From Capsulimonadaceae bacterium (GTDB taxonomy: Bacteria > Armatimonadota > Armatimonadia > Armatimonadales > Capsulimonadaceae), in contig OZ244065.1 in NCBI GenBank assembly GCA_965215505.1, positions 4,384,001 to 4,448,000 of the forward strand: a DNA stretch of 64,000 bases, given 5' to 3'. The translations under genes and the position numbers were made by a program. This document shows, piece after piece, positions 55,646 to 64,000 of this stretch. The notes below the pieces were generated by a model, which saw nothing but the letters and a program-made list of their open reading frames with translations, ran no database searches and was not told the DNA's origin. The stretch's first letter is position 1, and each line of letters starts with the position of its first letter.

Positions 55646-56276
55646 CGGGGCTGGTTGAAGTGGAAGAGGCAGCCACAGGGGGTGACTGTGCCGCGTGGTG
55701 CAGCGCGGCGTCGTGCGCCGAGTCGGAGGCGCTGTCGCTGTAGACTTCTTCCTTGTGCATGCGGATGAAGCCGGACAGGTTGCCTTCCGGGTGGGCTTTG
55801 GTGACGACGACCACATACGCCTGGCCGTTCAGGACGGCACCGACGAGGTCGGCGAAAGCGGCGACTCTGGGGGCCGTCTGCCGATGGAGGTCAGTTTCCC
55901 CGACATGTTTTGTCAGCGCGGCAGGCAGCGGACCGTCCGAAGCCGAGTAGAGCGTCAGCACGGCGGGACCGGTGTGGTCGGTGTAGGATCGGGCGACGTG
56001 CAGCTCGACGGCCCGCACGTCCTGGAGGCCCTTGGTATTTACTTCGACCGTCGCGCCGGGGTGGGCAAGGTCAAAATCAATGGCCGCCGTTCCCGTGGCG
56101 GGCATCGGCACGGACGGGTTTCCCTTCAAACCGGGCGTCAGTGCCGCCTTCCAGGTGATCTTCAGCTCGCAGGCGCGGGCGACCGACGCAAGACTCGCAA
56201 GGCCAACAATACCCGCCAAAATCATCGCGGCCCAGCACCCGCTTGGCCTCGGTAGGAATGTCTTCCACGGCATCAT
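55635..56276 (-). CDS. CHRD-domain secreted protein
   Basis: Signal segment; ATGTA, ELHVA...GPAVLTL and LNGQAYVVVVTKAHPEGNLSG CHRD-like motifs. Confidence 0.65.
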   Translation of the reverse strand: MMPWKTFLPRPSGCWAAMILAGIVGLASLASVARACELKITWKAALTPGLKGNPSVPMPATGTAAIDFDLAHPGATVEVNTKGLQDVRAVELHVARSYTDHTGPAVLTLYSASDGPLPAALTKHVGETDLHRQTAPRVAAFADLVGAVLNGQAYVVVVTKAHPEGNLSGFIRMHKEEVYSDSASDSAHDAALHHAAQSPPVAASSTSTSPATP

Positions 56277-56332
56277 AAAGCTATTATTCCACCTCAGCGC
56301 GATCCTTGTCAATGATGAAGGCGTACCCCGAC

Positions 56333-56374
56333 AAAAACCCGCCCGCCTCTCTTGACGAGAAGCGGGCGAGTTTT
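56333..56374 (-). terminator. Intrinsic terminator after rplL
   Basis: AAAAACCCGCCCGC...GCGGGCGAGTTTT hairpin with A/T tails. Confidence 0.65.
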
Positions 56375-56414
56375 GTTCTGCGCGTGTCGGCTACGCACTC
56401 GATCAGCCAGGCAC

Positions 56415-56792
56415 TTAAGCGGGCTTGATCTCGATGGTCGCGCCCTCGGCTTCCAGCTTGGCCTTCATGGCGGCGGCGTCCTCGGCGTTTAGGCCTTCCT
56501 TGACTGCCTTGGGGGCGCTGTCCACGAGTTCCTTGGCTTCCTTCAGGCCCAGCGCGGTGATCTCGCGGACGACCTTGATGACGCTGATCTTCTTGTCGCC
56601 TGCGGCGGTCAGGACCACGTTGAACGAGGTCGGGGCCTCGGGGGCGGCGGCGACTTCTGCTGCGGGTGCGGCAGGGCCGGCGGGGGCGGCGGCGGTGACG
56701 CCGAATTCTTCCTGGAGCTGCTTGACGAAGTCGCTGAGTTCCAGAACGGTCATGCTCTTGATGGATTCCATCATTGCGGCGGTATCGGCCAT
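56415..56792 (-). CDS. rplL: 50S ribosomal protein L7/L12
   Basis: [16 protein letters not shown] and [20 protein letters not shown]. Confidence 0.98.
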   Translation of the reverse strand: MADTAAMMESIKSMTVLELSDFVKQLQEEFGVTAAAPAGPAAPAAEVAAAPEAPTSFNVVLTAAGDKKISVIKVVREITALGLKEAKELVDSAPKAVKEGLNAEDAAAMKAKLEAEGATIEIKPA

Positions 56793-56855
56793 GGGTCTAA
56801 TTCTCCTTGTAATGCGTGTACTAAATGACGTGCGTGAGGACGCTTCAATGCGTCC

Positions 56856-57422
56856 CTACGCGGCTTCGGTCGCCGCCTCGCCCGCGCCCTGCTTGTCGGC
56901 GATGGCTTGCAGCGTGAAGACGAAGTTCGAGATGATGCCGTTCAAAGTGCCCACGAAGCCCGAGATGGGCGACTGGAGCGACCCGATCATCTGCGACAGC
57001 AGGACCTCGCGCGGCGGGGTCTTGGAAAGCGCATCCACCTGAGCGGCGCTCAGGACGCGGCCGTCCATGACGCCTGCCTTGACGGACATCGCCTTGTGGT
57101 CGCGGGCATAGTCCAGCAGGATCTTGGCGACGGCCACGGGGTCGCCCTTGGCGAAGCCGATGGCAGTGGGTCCGGCGAGGAACTCGCCCATGTCGGCAAC
57201 GGGCATGGAGTCGCCCGCAGCCAGCTTGAACAGGGTGTTCTTGACGACTCGGTACTCGGCGTCCACGCCGCGCAGCTTCTTGCGAAGCTCGGTCATCTCC
57301 GCCACGGACAGGCCCCGGTAGTCGGTCAGGATCGCGGCTTTGGTCAGGCCGACCAGTTCGCGCAGCTCGCCGACGAGTTCGACTTTGGCCCCGGCGGGTT
57401 CGATCGTGTATTCGATTGCTAT
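56856..57422 (-). CDS. rplJ: 50S ribosomal protein L10 (probable ATA start)
   Basis: DYRGLSVAEMTELRKKLR and VVKNTL motifs; SD GGGGAGGTG followed by in-frame ATA at 57422. Confidence 0.95.
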   Translation of the reverse strand: MAIEYTIEPAGAKVELVGELRELVGLTKAAILTDYRGLSVAEMTELRKKLRGVDAEYRVVKNTLFKLAAGDSMPVADMGEFLAGPTAIGFAKGDPVAVAKILLDYARDHKAMSVKAGVMDGRVLSAAQVDALSKTPPREVLLSQMIGSLQSPISGFVGTLNGIISNFVFTLQAIADKQGAGEAATEAA

Positions 57423-57479
57423 GATGTTCACCTCCCCCGAATGTTCTTCCGAAATAATCTTCCGAACAAAAATGCGCCC

Positions 57480-57622
57480 TGCGACTGCCGTAGACGAAGA
57501 GGGCAAGTCGCAGGGCGCATCGGGACACCTTTTGGGGTGTCCTGGACGTTCCTGTTACCTCGGCTGGCGGGCGTGTGCCCATTAACCCGCGTTTATGTTC
57601 GCGGGGCCGGCTGTCTACGGCG
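57480..57622 (-). ncRNA. L10 leader autoregulatory RNA
   Basis: CCGTAGACAG...TTAA...GCCGAGG core upstream of rplJ; boundaries approximate. Confidence 0.7.
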
Positions 57623-57705
57623 AAATCTTATGTGGTTGTCAGAGAACCCCCACCCCCCGCCCCTCCCACGCAAGCGGGAGAGGGGCGGGGGGTGGGGGTC
57701 CTACC

Positions 57706-58443
57706 CTATCCCTTGCCCGCCGCCACCGAGACGGCACGGAGGGGGTCAACCCGCACGGTCGGCCCCATCGTCGTGTTGATGGCGATCTTCTTGAAGTACC
57801 GGCCCTTCGCCGCCGTCGGCCGGGCCTTCTGCAAGGCGTCCAGCAGGGCGTTGAAGTTCTCCATAAGCTGGTCCGGCGTGAACGAGGCTTTGCCGATGGG
57901 GGCGTGGACGATGCCCGCCTTCTCGACGCGGTACTCGACGCGGGTGGCCTTCTTGATGTCGTTGACGGCCTGCCCGATGTTCGGCGAGACGGTGCCCGCC
58001 TTCGGGTTCGGCATCTTCTGCTTGAAGGTCGCGCCCAGACGCCCCACCTGGCCCATCATGTCGGGCGTCGCGAGGATCAGGTCGTACTGCTTCCAGTCGA
58101 GCGTCCCCTTCTGCACCTGCTCGATGATGTCCTCGGCACCTACTAGGTCCGCGCCCGCCGCCTCGGCGTCGGCGGCCTTCGGGCCTTTGGCGAAGACCAG
58201 CACCTTGCGGCTCTTGCCGGTCCCGTGGGGCAGGGTGGTGACGCCGCGCACCATCTGGTCGCCGTGGCGCGGGTCCACGCCCAGGTTGAAGGCGACGTTG
58301 ACGGTCTCATCGAACTTGGCATTGGCGAGGCTCTTCGCCAGCTCCATCGCGGGCATGGGGTCGAGCAGCTTCTCGGGGTCGGTCTGCTTGGCGAGCGCCT
58401 GGTAGCGCTTGCCGATTGTCTTCACGCGGTCTTGCTTTCGCAT
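57706..58443 (-). CDS. rplA: 50S ribosomal protein L1
   Basis: AKFDETV, LGVDPRHGDQMVRG..LPHGTGK, MPNPKAGTV and TTMGP motifs; AAGGAG RBS. Confidence 0.98.
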   Translation of the reverse strand: MRKQDRVKTIGKRYQALAKQTDPEKLLDPMPAMELAKSLANAKFDETVNVAFNLGVDPRHGDQMVRGVTTLPHGTGKSRKVLVFAKGPKAADAEAAGADLVGAEDIIEQVQKGTLDWKQYDLILATPDMMGQVGRLGATFKQKMPNPKAGTVSPNIGQAVNDIKKATRVEYRVEKAGIVHAPIGKASFTPDQLMENFNALLDALQKARPTAAKGRYFKKIAINTTMGPTVRVDPLRAVSVAAGKG

Positions 58444-58456
58444 CTTCTGTCTCCTT

Positions 58457-58488
58457 GTGGTGCTGACGGGCGTTCGAGGCCCTCCCAC
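58457..58488 (-). promoter_or_regulatory. Putative L1-binding leader upstream of rplA
   Basis: GTGGGAGGGC...GCCCGTCAGCACCAC hairpin with internal loop directly before the rplA SD. Confidence 0.55.
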
Positions 58489-58496
58489 AGACGCCG

Positions 58497-58667
58497 TTAG
58501 AACGGCGGTCTCGCCTTGCGCTTGTTTGAGGTCTTATCGGGCGTGTGCAGATCCTGCCAGTAGTCCCGCGTCCACCAGGCGATGGCCGCGCCAATGAGAA
58601 GTGCGACCACGATGAGTTTGACCCATAGCGGTGTATTCGGCGACAGCAGGATCTTCAGCAACGTCAT
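58497..58667 (-). CDS. Small (56 aa) single-pass membrane protein between rplK and rplA
   Basis: Hand translation [59 protein letters not shown] overlaps the rplK stop (TAATG). Confidence 0.55.
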   Translation of the reverse strand: MTLLKILLSPNTPLWVKLIVVALLIGAAIAWWTRDYWQDLHTPDKTSNKRKARPPF

Positions 58668-59089
58668 TACCCGATGTCAATGCCCATCGAGCGGGCCGTG
58701 CCGGCGATGATCTTCATCGCCGCCTCGGTGTCGTTGGCGTTCAGGTCCGGGGCCTTCGTCTCGGCGATGGAGCGGAGCTGTTCGGGGGTGATCTTGGCGA
58801 CCTTGGTCTTGTTGGGCGTCCCCGACCCGCTCGGGATGCCGGCGGCCTTCTTCAGAAGGTCGGCGGCGGGCGGGGTCTTGGTGACGAACGTGAACGACCG
58901 GTCCTCGTAGATGGTGATCTCGACGGGGACGATGGAGCCGATCATCGCGGCCGTCCGCTCGTTATAGCCCTTGATGAACTCCATCATATTGATGCCGTAG
59001 CCGCCCAGCGCGGGGCCGACGGGCGGCGCGGGGGTCGCCTTGCCGGCGTTGATCTGGAGCTTGACGACTCCGGTGATTTTCTTTGCCAT
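58667..59089 (-). CDS. rplK: 50S ribosomal protein L11
   Basis: [21 protein letters not shown] and GTARSMG motifs. Confidence 0.98.
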   Translation of the reverse strand: MAKKITGVVKLQINAGKATPAPPVGPALGGYGINMMEFIKGYNERTAAMIGSIVPVEITIYEDRSFTFVTKTPPAADLLKKAAGIPSGSGTPNKTKVAKITPEQLRSIAETKAPDLNANDTEAAMKIIAGTARSMGIDIG

Positions 59090-59237
59090 GTGTCTGTGAT
59101 GTCCTTAATGACCTCTCCCCGCCGCAAGCGGCGACCCTCCCCTGTTAAGGGAGGGTGAGAAGTGAGGCGTCTGCCTGTGCTGTTTTGTCTTCACCCTTCC
59201 TTAACAGGGAGGGGTCGGCGCTTGCGCCGGGGGTAGG

Positions 59238-59768
59238 TTACGAAATCTTCTCGATCTGGCTGAACTCCAGCTCGACCGGCGTGTCACGCCCGAAGATGGA
59301 GATAAGCACCTTGACCTTGTCCTTGGGCGCGTTGATCTCCTGAATGCTGCCCGTGAAGTCCCCGAACGGGCCGGAGTTGACGCGCACCGCCTGGCCGACT
59401 TCCCACTTGGGGCGGATGTACGGCTTGGTGTCGGACTCCTCGATGGCCTTGCGGATCTCGCGGATCTCCGAATCCTTGACGATGGTCGGCTTGGCGTCGC
59501 CGACGAACCCGATCACGCCGGTCGTACTCTTGACCAAGTACCAGGTGTTGTCGTCGAGTACCATCTCGACGAAGACATACCCTGGGAAGACCTTGCGGTC
59601 TATTTCGCTCTTCTTGCCCTGACGGACGCGCGATTCCTTCTCGGTCGGAACGAGGATGTCGAACACTTTGTTCTTCAGCCCCATCGTCTCCGCCCGGCGC
59701 TCGACGTTCGTCTTGACTTTCTTCTCGTGGCCCGAATAGGTGTGGACCGCGTACCAATGCTTCTGCAT
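59238..59768 (-). CDS. nusG: Transcription termination/antitermination factor NusG
   Basis: WYAVHTYSGHEKKV, FPGYVFVEM, GPFGDFTG KOW and IFGRDTPVEL motifs. Confidence 0.98.
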   Translation of the reverse strand: MQKHWYAVHTYSGHEKKVKTNVERRAETMGLKNKVFDILVPTEKESRVRQGKKSEIDRKVFPGYVFVEMVLDDNTWYLVKSTTGVIGFVGDAKPTIVKDSEIREIRKAIEESDTKPYIRPKWEVGQAVRVNSGPFGDFTGSIQEINAPKDKVKVLISIFGRDTPVELEFSQIEKIS

Positions 59769-59786
59769 AGTTTTTAGATCGTCTTT

Positions 59787-60122
59787 TTAGTGGCGCCCGC
59801 CGTTGAACAGCGGCGCGGCGAGATGAGTCAGCAGGGCGTCGATGCCCCCGACCCAGATGGCGACGGCCAGGACGAAGGCCAAAACCACCGAGGTGGACTT
59901 GGTCAGCACGTCCCGGTTCGGCCAGGACGTCTTCTTCAGCTCCACCCAGGCCTCCTGGAAGAACTGCTGCGGGCTGGCTGGCTGCGCCTTCGCCATGGAC
60001 TGCGCGCGCCGCTGCGCCTCGGCCGTGATGCCGGTCCGGGCCGGCGCGGCGGGCTTGCCGGCGGGCGTCCCCTTCTTGGGGCCGGTCGGCTTCGGGTCCG
60101 GGGTTTTATAGGTTTCCGCCAT
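59787..60122 (-). CDS. secE: Preprotein translocase subunit SecE (Pro/Lys-rich N-terminal extension)
   Basis: FFQEAWVELKKTSWP followed by one TM helix; directly upstream of nusG. Confidence 0.92.
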   Translation of the reverse strand: MAETYKTPDPKPTGPKKGTPAGKPAAPARTGITAEAQRRAQSMAKAQPASPQQFFQEAWVELKKTSWPNRDVLTKSTSVVLAFVLAVAIWVGGIDALLTHLAAPLFNGGRH

Positions 60123-60299
60123 GGTGTACCGCCTTCGCCTGTGAGGACAGGCAAAAAAATGAACAGGGGTCGCGCCCCTGTCCGGTGTCTGAAGGCTACT
60201 ATAGCACGAACGGGGCGGCTTTGTCAAGCGCCGGGCGGCACGGGCGATTCTTTTTGGTGCCCGGCAGGAGACGCCGGGGGGCGCGGCGAACTCACGCCC

Positions 60300-61718
60300 A
60301 TGGAGCAGCAGCCCGCGCCCGACGCAGATGTCCGTGGGGAGATCGCCCGCATCGCCGTCCCCGTCGGACTGGAGATGGTGGTCCAGCTCCTCCTGGGGCT
60401 GATTGACCAGGTCATCGTCGGCACATTGGGGGCGGTGGCGATCGCCGCCGTCGGCCTGTCCAACAGCTTCCTCGGCGTCCTGGGCATCTCGCTCGCCTCG
60501 CTCGGGGCAGGGGCCGGCATCCTGGTTTCGCGGGCGCACGGCGGCGGGCGGGCCGGCGAAACGGCGCGCGTTTCCAGCGCGGCGGTGGTCCTGGCCGCCG
60601 CTCTGTCTCTGCTCGTGGCCCTCCCATTCCTGCCCCTCGTCGGGCCATTCCTGAAGGCAGTCGGTGCCGCCCCGGATGTCGCCGCCGCTGCCCGCCCCTT
60701 CTTCCAGATCGTGCTCCTGACCCTGCCCGCCGCCGTCAGCGGGTCGGTCGCGAGCGCGACGCTGCGCTCGCTCGGCCGGGCGCGTGCCCCGCTGGCCGCC
60801 ACCCTGGTCGCGGTCGCGCTCAACACCGCGCTCGGGTACGCCCTGGTGCTGGGCGCGGGTCCCTTCCCCCGGCTGGGGCTGGCGGGGGCGGCCTGGGCGA
60901 CACTGGCCGCCCAGACCGTCCGGGCCGCGCTCGTCTTCCGGTCGCTCTACGGGGGCCGCACGGCCGAGCGCTGGGATCTGCCTTCCTCCCTGGCGGAGTG
61001 GCGCGAGACGGGCAGGGAACTGTTCCGTCTGTCCGTGCCGCTCGGGGCCAAAGACGTTTCGTGGTCGCTGGGCCTGTTCTTCTACGCCCTGCTCTTCCAG
61101 CGGCTGGGGACGGGGGCGCTGGCGGCCAGCCAGATCGTCTCCACGCTGGAGAACGTCTTCCTGCTGGCCTCCATCGGGCTGATGGTCGCCGCGACCACCT
61201 TGATCGGCCAGGCGGTCGGCAAAGGGGATGCGGACCTCGTGCGCTCGCGCGTCCGCGCCCTGTTGCGGGCCGGGGCCGTGACCGGGTGGGGGTTTGGGGC
61301 ACTCTACCTCGGGACCGCCCTGCTCCTGCCGGTCTTCTACCGGCATCTCGCCGCCGGTGTGCTGCACGTCGCCGCCTGGGGCATCGTCATCAGCGCCGCC
61401 TTCCAGGCGGTCCGGGTGCGGAACATCATCCTGGGCGGCGGCGTCCTCCCGAGCGCGGGCGACGCGCGCACCGTGGTCATCGGGGACGGCCTGGGGGCAT
61501 TCGTGGTCGGCCTGCCGCTCGCCTACCTGCTCGCGTTCCCGCTGCACTTCGGGGTGTGGGGCATCTTCGCGGCGCGCGGCGTCGAGGAGTTGTTCAAGGT
61601 ACTGCTGTTCTCCTGGCGGTCGGGCCGCCTGCGCTGGTCGGAGGTGATACTGCGCTCCGCCGCCCCCGCCTTTGATCCCGCCGGTGAGCCGGTAAAGGAA
61701 CGAGTTGGGCTATACTGA
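60300..61718 (+). CDS. MATE family efflux transporter
   Basis: IAVPVGLE...GLIDQVIVGTLG..AIAAVG, GLAGAAWAT, ALAASQI and LIGQAVG motifs. Confidence 0.9.
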   Translation: MEQQPAPDADVRGEIARIAVPVGLEMVVQLLLGLIDQVIVGTLGAVAIAAVGLSNSFLGVLGISLASLGAGAGILVSRAHGGGRAGETARVSSAAVVLAAALSLLVALPFLPLVGPFLKAVGAAPDVAAAARPFFQIVLLTLPAAVSGSVASATLRSLGRARAPLAATLVAVALNTALGYALVLGAGPFPRLGLAGAAWATLAAQTVRAALVFRSLYGGRTAERWDLPSSLAEWRETGRELFRLSVPLGAKDVSWSLGLFFYALLFQRLGTGALAASQIVSTLENVFLLASIGLMVAATTLIGQAVGKGDADLVRSRVRALLRAGAVTGWGFGALYLGTALLLPVFYRHLAAGVLHVAAWGIVISAAFQAVRVRNIILGGGVLPSAGDARTVVIGDGLGAFVVGLPLAYLLAFPLHFGVWGIFAARGVEELFKVLLFSWRSGRLRWSEVILRSAAPAFDPAGEPVKERVGLY

Positions 61719-61763
61719 TACCGTGCGCCTTCCGAACCGGGGCGCAATGGAGGCGAGACGATC

Positions 61764-62540
61764 ATGCTGCGGATGAAAGACGTGCCGCCGGACCAGATGG
61801 CGGAGGTCGTGCGGGTGGCGGGCGAACTCTACGACGCTGAGAAGGCACAGGCCCAGGAGCGACGCGCCACCGTCGCCGCCGCCGCCGAGATGGGCCTGCC
61901 GAAAGAGTACCTGGACCGGGCCGCCGAGCTTGTCCACGCCCGCCGGGTGGAGCAGATCGGCAGGCAGCGCCGCCGCCGGGCCGGCCTGTTCGCCGGCATC
62001 GGCGTTGCCGTCGCGCTCGGGGGCGGTTGGTTCGTGACCCACCCCCAGCCCGCCGCCCCCGTGGTTTACAGCTTCCAGACGGGGCAGTGGAACCTGGAAA
62101 CCGACCCCGCCTCCAAAGCCGCCGTGACCTCCGCGGACGGGGCCGCCACCATCCACGTTGACCACTTCGGGACGTCCGCCGGGGCTGACCAGTTTTTCGT
62201 CAACCTCAACACCAAAGACGTGCCTAAAACGCTTGTAGGCTACCGCACCGTCAGCTTCCGCGCCAGGAGCCTCGGGCTGGCCCATCTCCGTCTCTACCTG
62301 GAGAACGGCGACGAGCGATGGCGCTCCGCCAACCTCGCGGTGCCGACCGGCGGGCAGGTGTTCCGGCTTGACCTCCGCCAGTTCGACCACCAGACCCGCG
62401 ATGTGTCTACGGGCAAGTGGCAGAAGGTGGGGGCGAGCGCGCCGGGCCACGTCGAGCAGTTGTCCTTTAAAGTCGGCTACTACGTTAACAACGCGGACGC
62501 GCATGGGGATGTCCAGGTCAGTGACTTACGGTTCCAGTAG
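61764..62540 (+). CDS. Membrane-anchored hypothetical protein with C-terminal CBM11/CIA30-like beta-sandwich
   Basis: GGAGG RBS; AAAEMGLPKEYLDRA N-terminal motif, one TM helix, beta-rich C-terminus. Confidence 0.55.
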   Translation: MLRMKDVPPDQMAEVVRVAGELYDAEKAQAQERRATVAAAAEMGLPKEYLDRAAELVHARRVEQIGRQRRRRAGLFAGIGVAVALGGGWFVTHPQPAAPVVYSFQTGQWNLETDPASKAAVTSADGAATIHVDHFGTSAGADQFFVNLNTKDVPKTLVGYRTVSFRARSLGLAHLRLYLENGDERWRSANLAVPTGGQVFRLDLRQFDHQTRDVSTGKWQKVGASAPGHVEQLSFKVGYYVNNADAHGDVQVSDLRFQ

Positions 62541-64000
62541 GCCGGGTGCCTGGGCCGCCTACCGCGGACCGGGCGGCGATGCGGCGCTTCTGAGCCGTCT
62601 GATTGGCCCTGGCGCAGGGGCGCAGAACGGCGCAGTCTGGGGCCTCGGAGCGCACGGCGGGGTAGCGGAACCGGCGCGACTGATGTGCGCGCCCGGCGGG
62701 CTGATCCGGGCGCAAATTGGCACGGACGAAGAAGCCGGGTGTTCCGCCACAATCGCCCCGGATGGCGGCACTCTGACGCTGGCCTGTGACCCGTTCGGCC
62801 TGCACGGCGTCTTTTATACCCGGATCGGCGGCACATTCTGGGCCGCATCCGACCCGTGCCTCCTCCGAAATCTGCCCGGCGCTTCGGGTGGCCTGTCGCC
62901 CGATGCGCTGCACGGCTATCTGTGTTTCTCCCATGTGCCGACGCCGTTGACCATGACGGCGGGCGTCTCGGCCCTTCCCGCCGGGCACCGGCTGATGGTC
63001 ACGGCGGGGCATGTACAGGAAGAACATGGCCCGGCCTGGCGCGAGCGGGAGCCGACGCCGCTTGACGAAGACGCCCTCGCCGGGGAACTGCGCGGCCTGC
63101 TCCGGGCCGCCGTCGCCCGCCGCCTGGGGAACGATTTGGACGTCGCCGTCTTCCTCTCAGGCGGCCTGGACAGCAGCCTCATCGCCGCCCTGCTGGCGGA
63201 GGCCGGGGCGCGCGTTCACCTGTTCACGCTGGACTTCGGCCCGCCGTTCGACGCCGAACTGGCCTGCGCGCATCAGGTGGCCGCGCACCTGAAACGGCCA
63301 TTGCACGTCGTCCCGGCCCGGCCCGCCCAGATACGCGGCGCGCTGGAGGCGACCGGGGCGGCGATGCAGCAGCCCCTCGGCGACGGCGTCGCCGTTCCCT
63401 TGTACCTGCTGGGACAGGCGGCGCGGGCGCACGGCCTGACTACCGCTTTCAACGGCGAGGGCGGCGACCAGCTTTTCGGCGGCTGGGCCAACAAGCCGAT
63501 GATCGCCGCCGAGCTATACCGCCCGACAGGGGGAGACTTGGAGGCCGACCGCGAGGCCGCCTACCTCGCGACTTACCACCGCTTCTGGGGCCTCACCGAT
63601 CAGTTTTACACGCCGCAGGCGCGGGAGGCTATTACTGGGCTGGACGCCGGGGCTTGGGTGCGTCCGGCCCTCAGTGCCGACGGCTCTCCCAGCCCCAGCC
63701 TGCTGCACCGCCTGCGGGCCGCCAACCTGCGGCTGAAAGGGGCGCAGAACATCGCGCCGCGCGCCGTCCAACTGGGCGCGGCGCACGGCCTGCGTGTCCA
63801 GATGCCGCTCTTCGACCGGGCGCTGACGGAGTGGACCTTCGGCCTGCCCTCCGAGTGGTTCCTGCGCGGCGCGTGCGAGAAGTACGGGCTGAAGCGAGCC
63901 GCCGAGGCATTTCTGCCGTTCGAGATCGTCTGGCGCGAGAAGCGCGGCATGGGCGTCCCGGCCACCGAGTGGTGCCTGGGGCCACTGGGCCGAGAAGTCG
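62521..64000 (+). CDS. Asparagine synthase-like protein (partial, runs off window end)
   Basis: Hand translation in frame 1: LACDPFGLHGVFY, FLSGGLDSS, FNGEGGDQLFGG, QMPLFD, EKYGLK and REKRGMGVP. Start uncertain (62503/62509/62521). Confidence 0.85.
   Translation, partial: MTYGSSRPGAWAAYRGPGGDAALLSRLIGPGAGAQNGAVWGLGAHGGVAEPARLMCAPGGLIRAQIGTDEEAGCSATIAPDGGTLTLACDPFGLHGVFYTRIGGTFWAASDPCLLRNLPGASGGLSPDALHGYLCFSHVPTPLTMTAGVSALPAGHRLMVTAGHVQEEHGPAWREREPTPLDEDALAGELRGLLRAAVARRLGNDLDVAVFLSGGLDSSLIAALLAEAGARVHLFTLDFGPPFDAELACAHQVAAHLKRPLHVVPARPAQIRGALEATGAAMQQPLGDGVAVPLYLLGQAARAHGLTTAFNGEGGDQLFGGWANKPMIAAELYRPTGGDLEADREAAYLATYHRFWGLTDQFYTPQAREAITGLDAGAWVRPALSADGSPSPSLLHRLRAANLRLKGAQNIAPRAVQLGAAHGLRVQMPLFDRALTEWTFGLPSEWFLRGACEKYGLKRAAEAFLPFEIVWREKRGMGVPATEWCLGPLGREV

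Noticed and set aside
61764-64000. Lasso peptide cluster
   Set aside because: No precursor peptide, B protein or RRE is visible in the window

Overview
A very GC-rich bacterial chromosomal segment. The gene mix (HAF-repeat and Tat-exported glycosidases, DUF1800/DUF1501, SLH protein, GlnR-like regulator) suggests a Terrabacteria soil organism such as Armatimonadota, but that is inference only. In order, it holds: a partial HAF-repeat protein, LMW-PTP and VanW; a minus-strand block of GH43/GH29/GH78 glycosidases, a thioester-less alpha-2-macroglobulin and a membrane protein; a translationally coupled three-gene biosynthetic cassette (aromatic amino acid hydroxylase, monomodular A-T-TE NRPS with a Cys-type TE, Sfp PPTase); a nitrate/nitrite assimilation cluster with a GlnR-like regulator and two matching GAAAC-N6-GAAAC promoter boxes; envelope and stress genes; a stand-alone cyanophycin synthetase N-domain; tRNA-Asn; a 257-bp MITE carrying a REP doublet; an AAA-ATPase/nuclease-like gene behind a perfect palindrome; a lower-GC secreted-protein/TPR pair whose signal-peptide region holds 21 perfect 17-bp repeats that put it out of frame; the secE-nusG-rplK-rplA-rplJ-rplL cluster, with a hidden 56-aa ORF and a probable ATA start for rplJ; a MATE transporter; and a partial asparagine-synthase-like gene. 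All family calls come from motif recognition by eye; no database searches were run.
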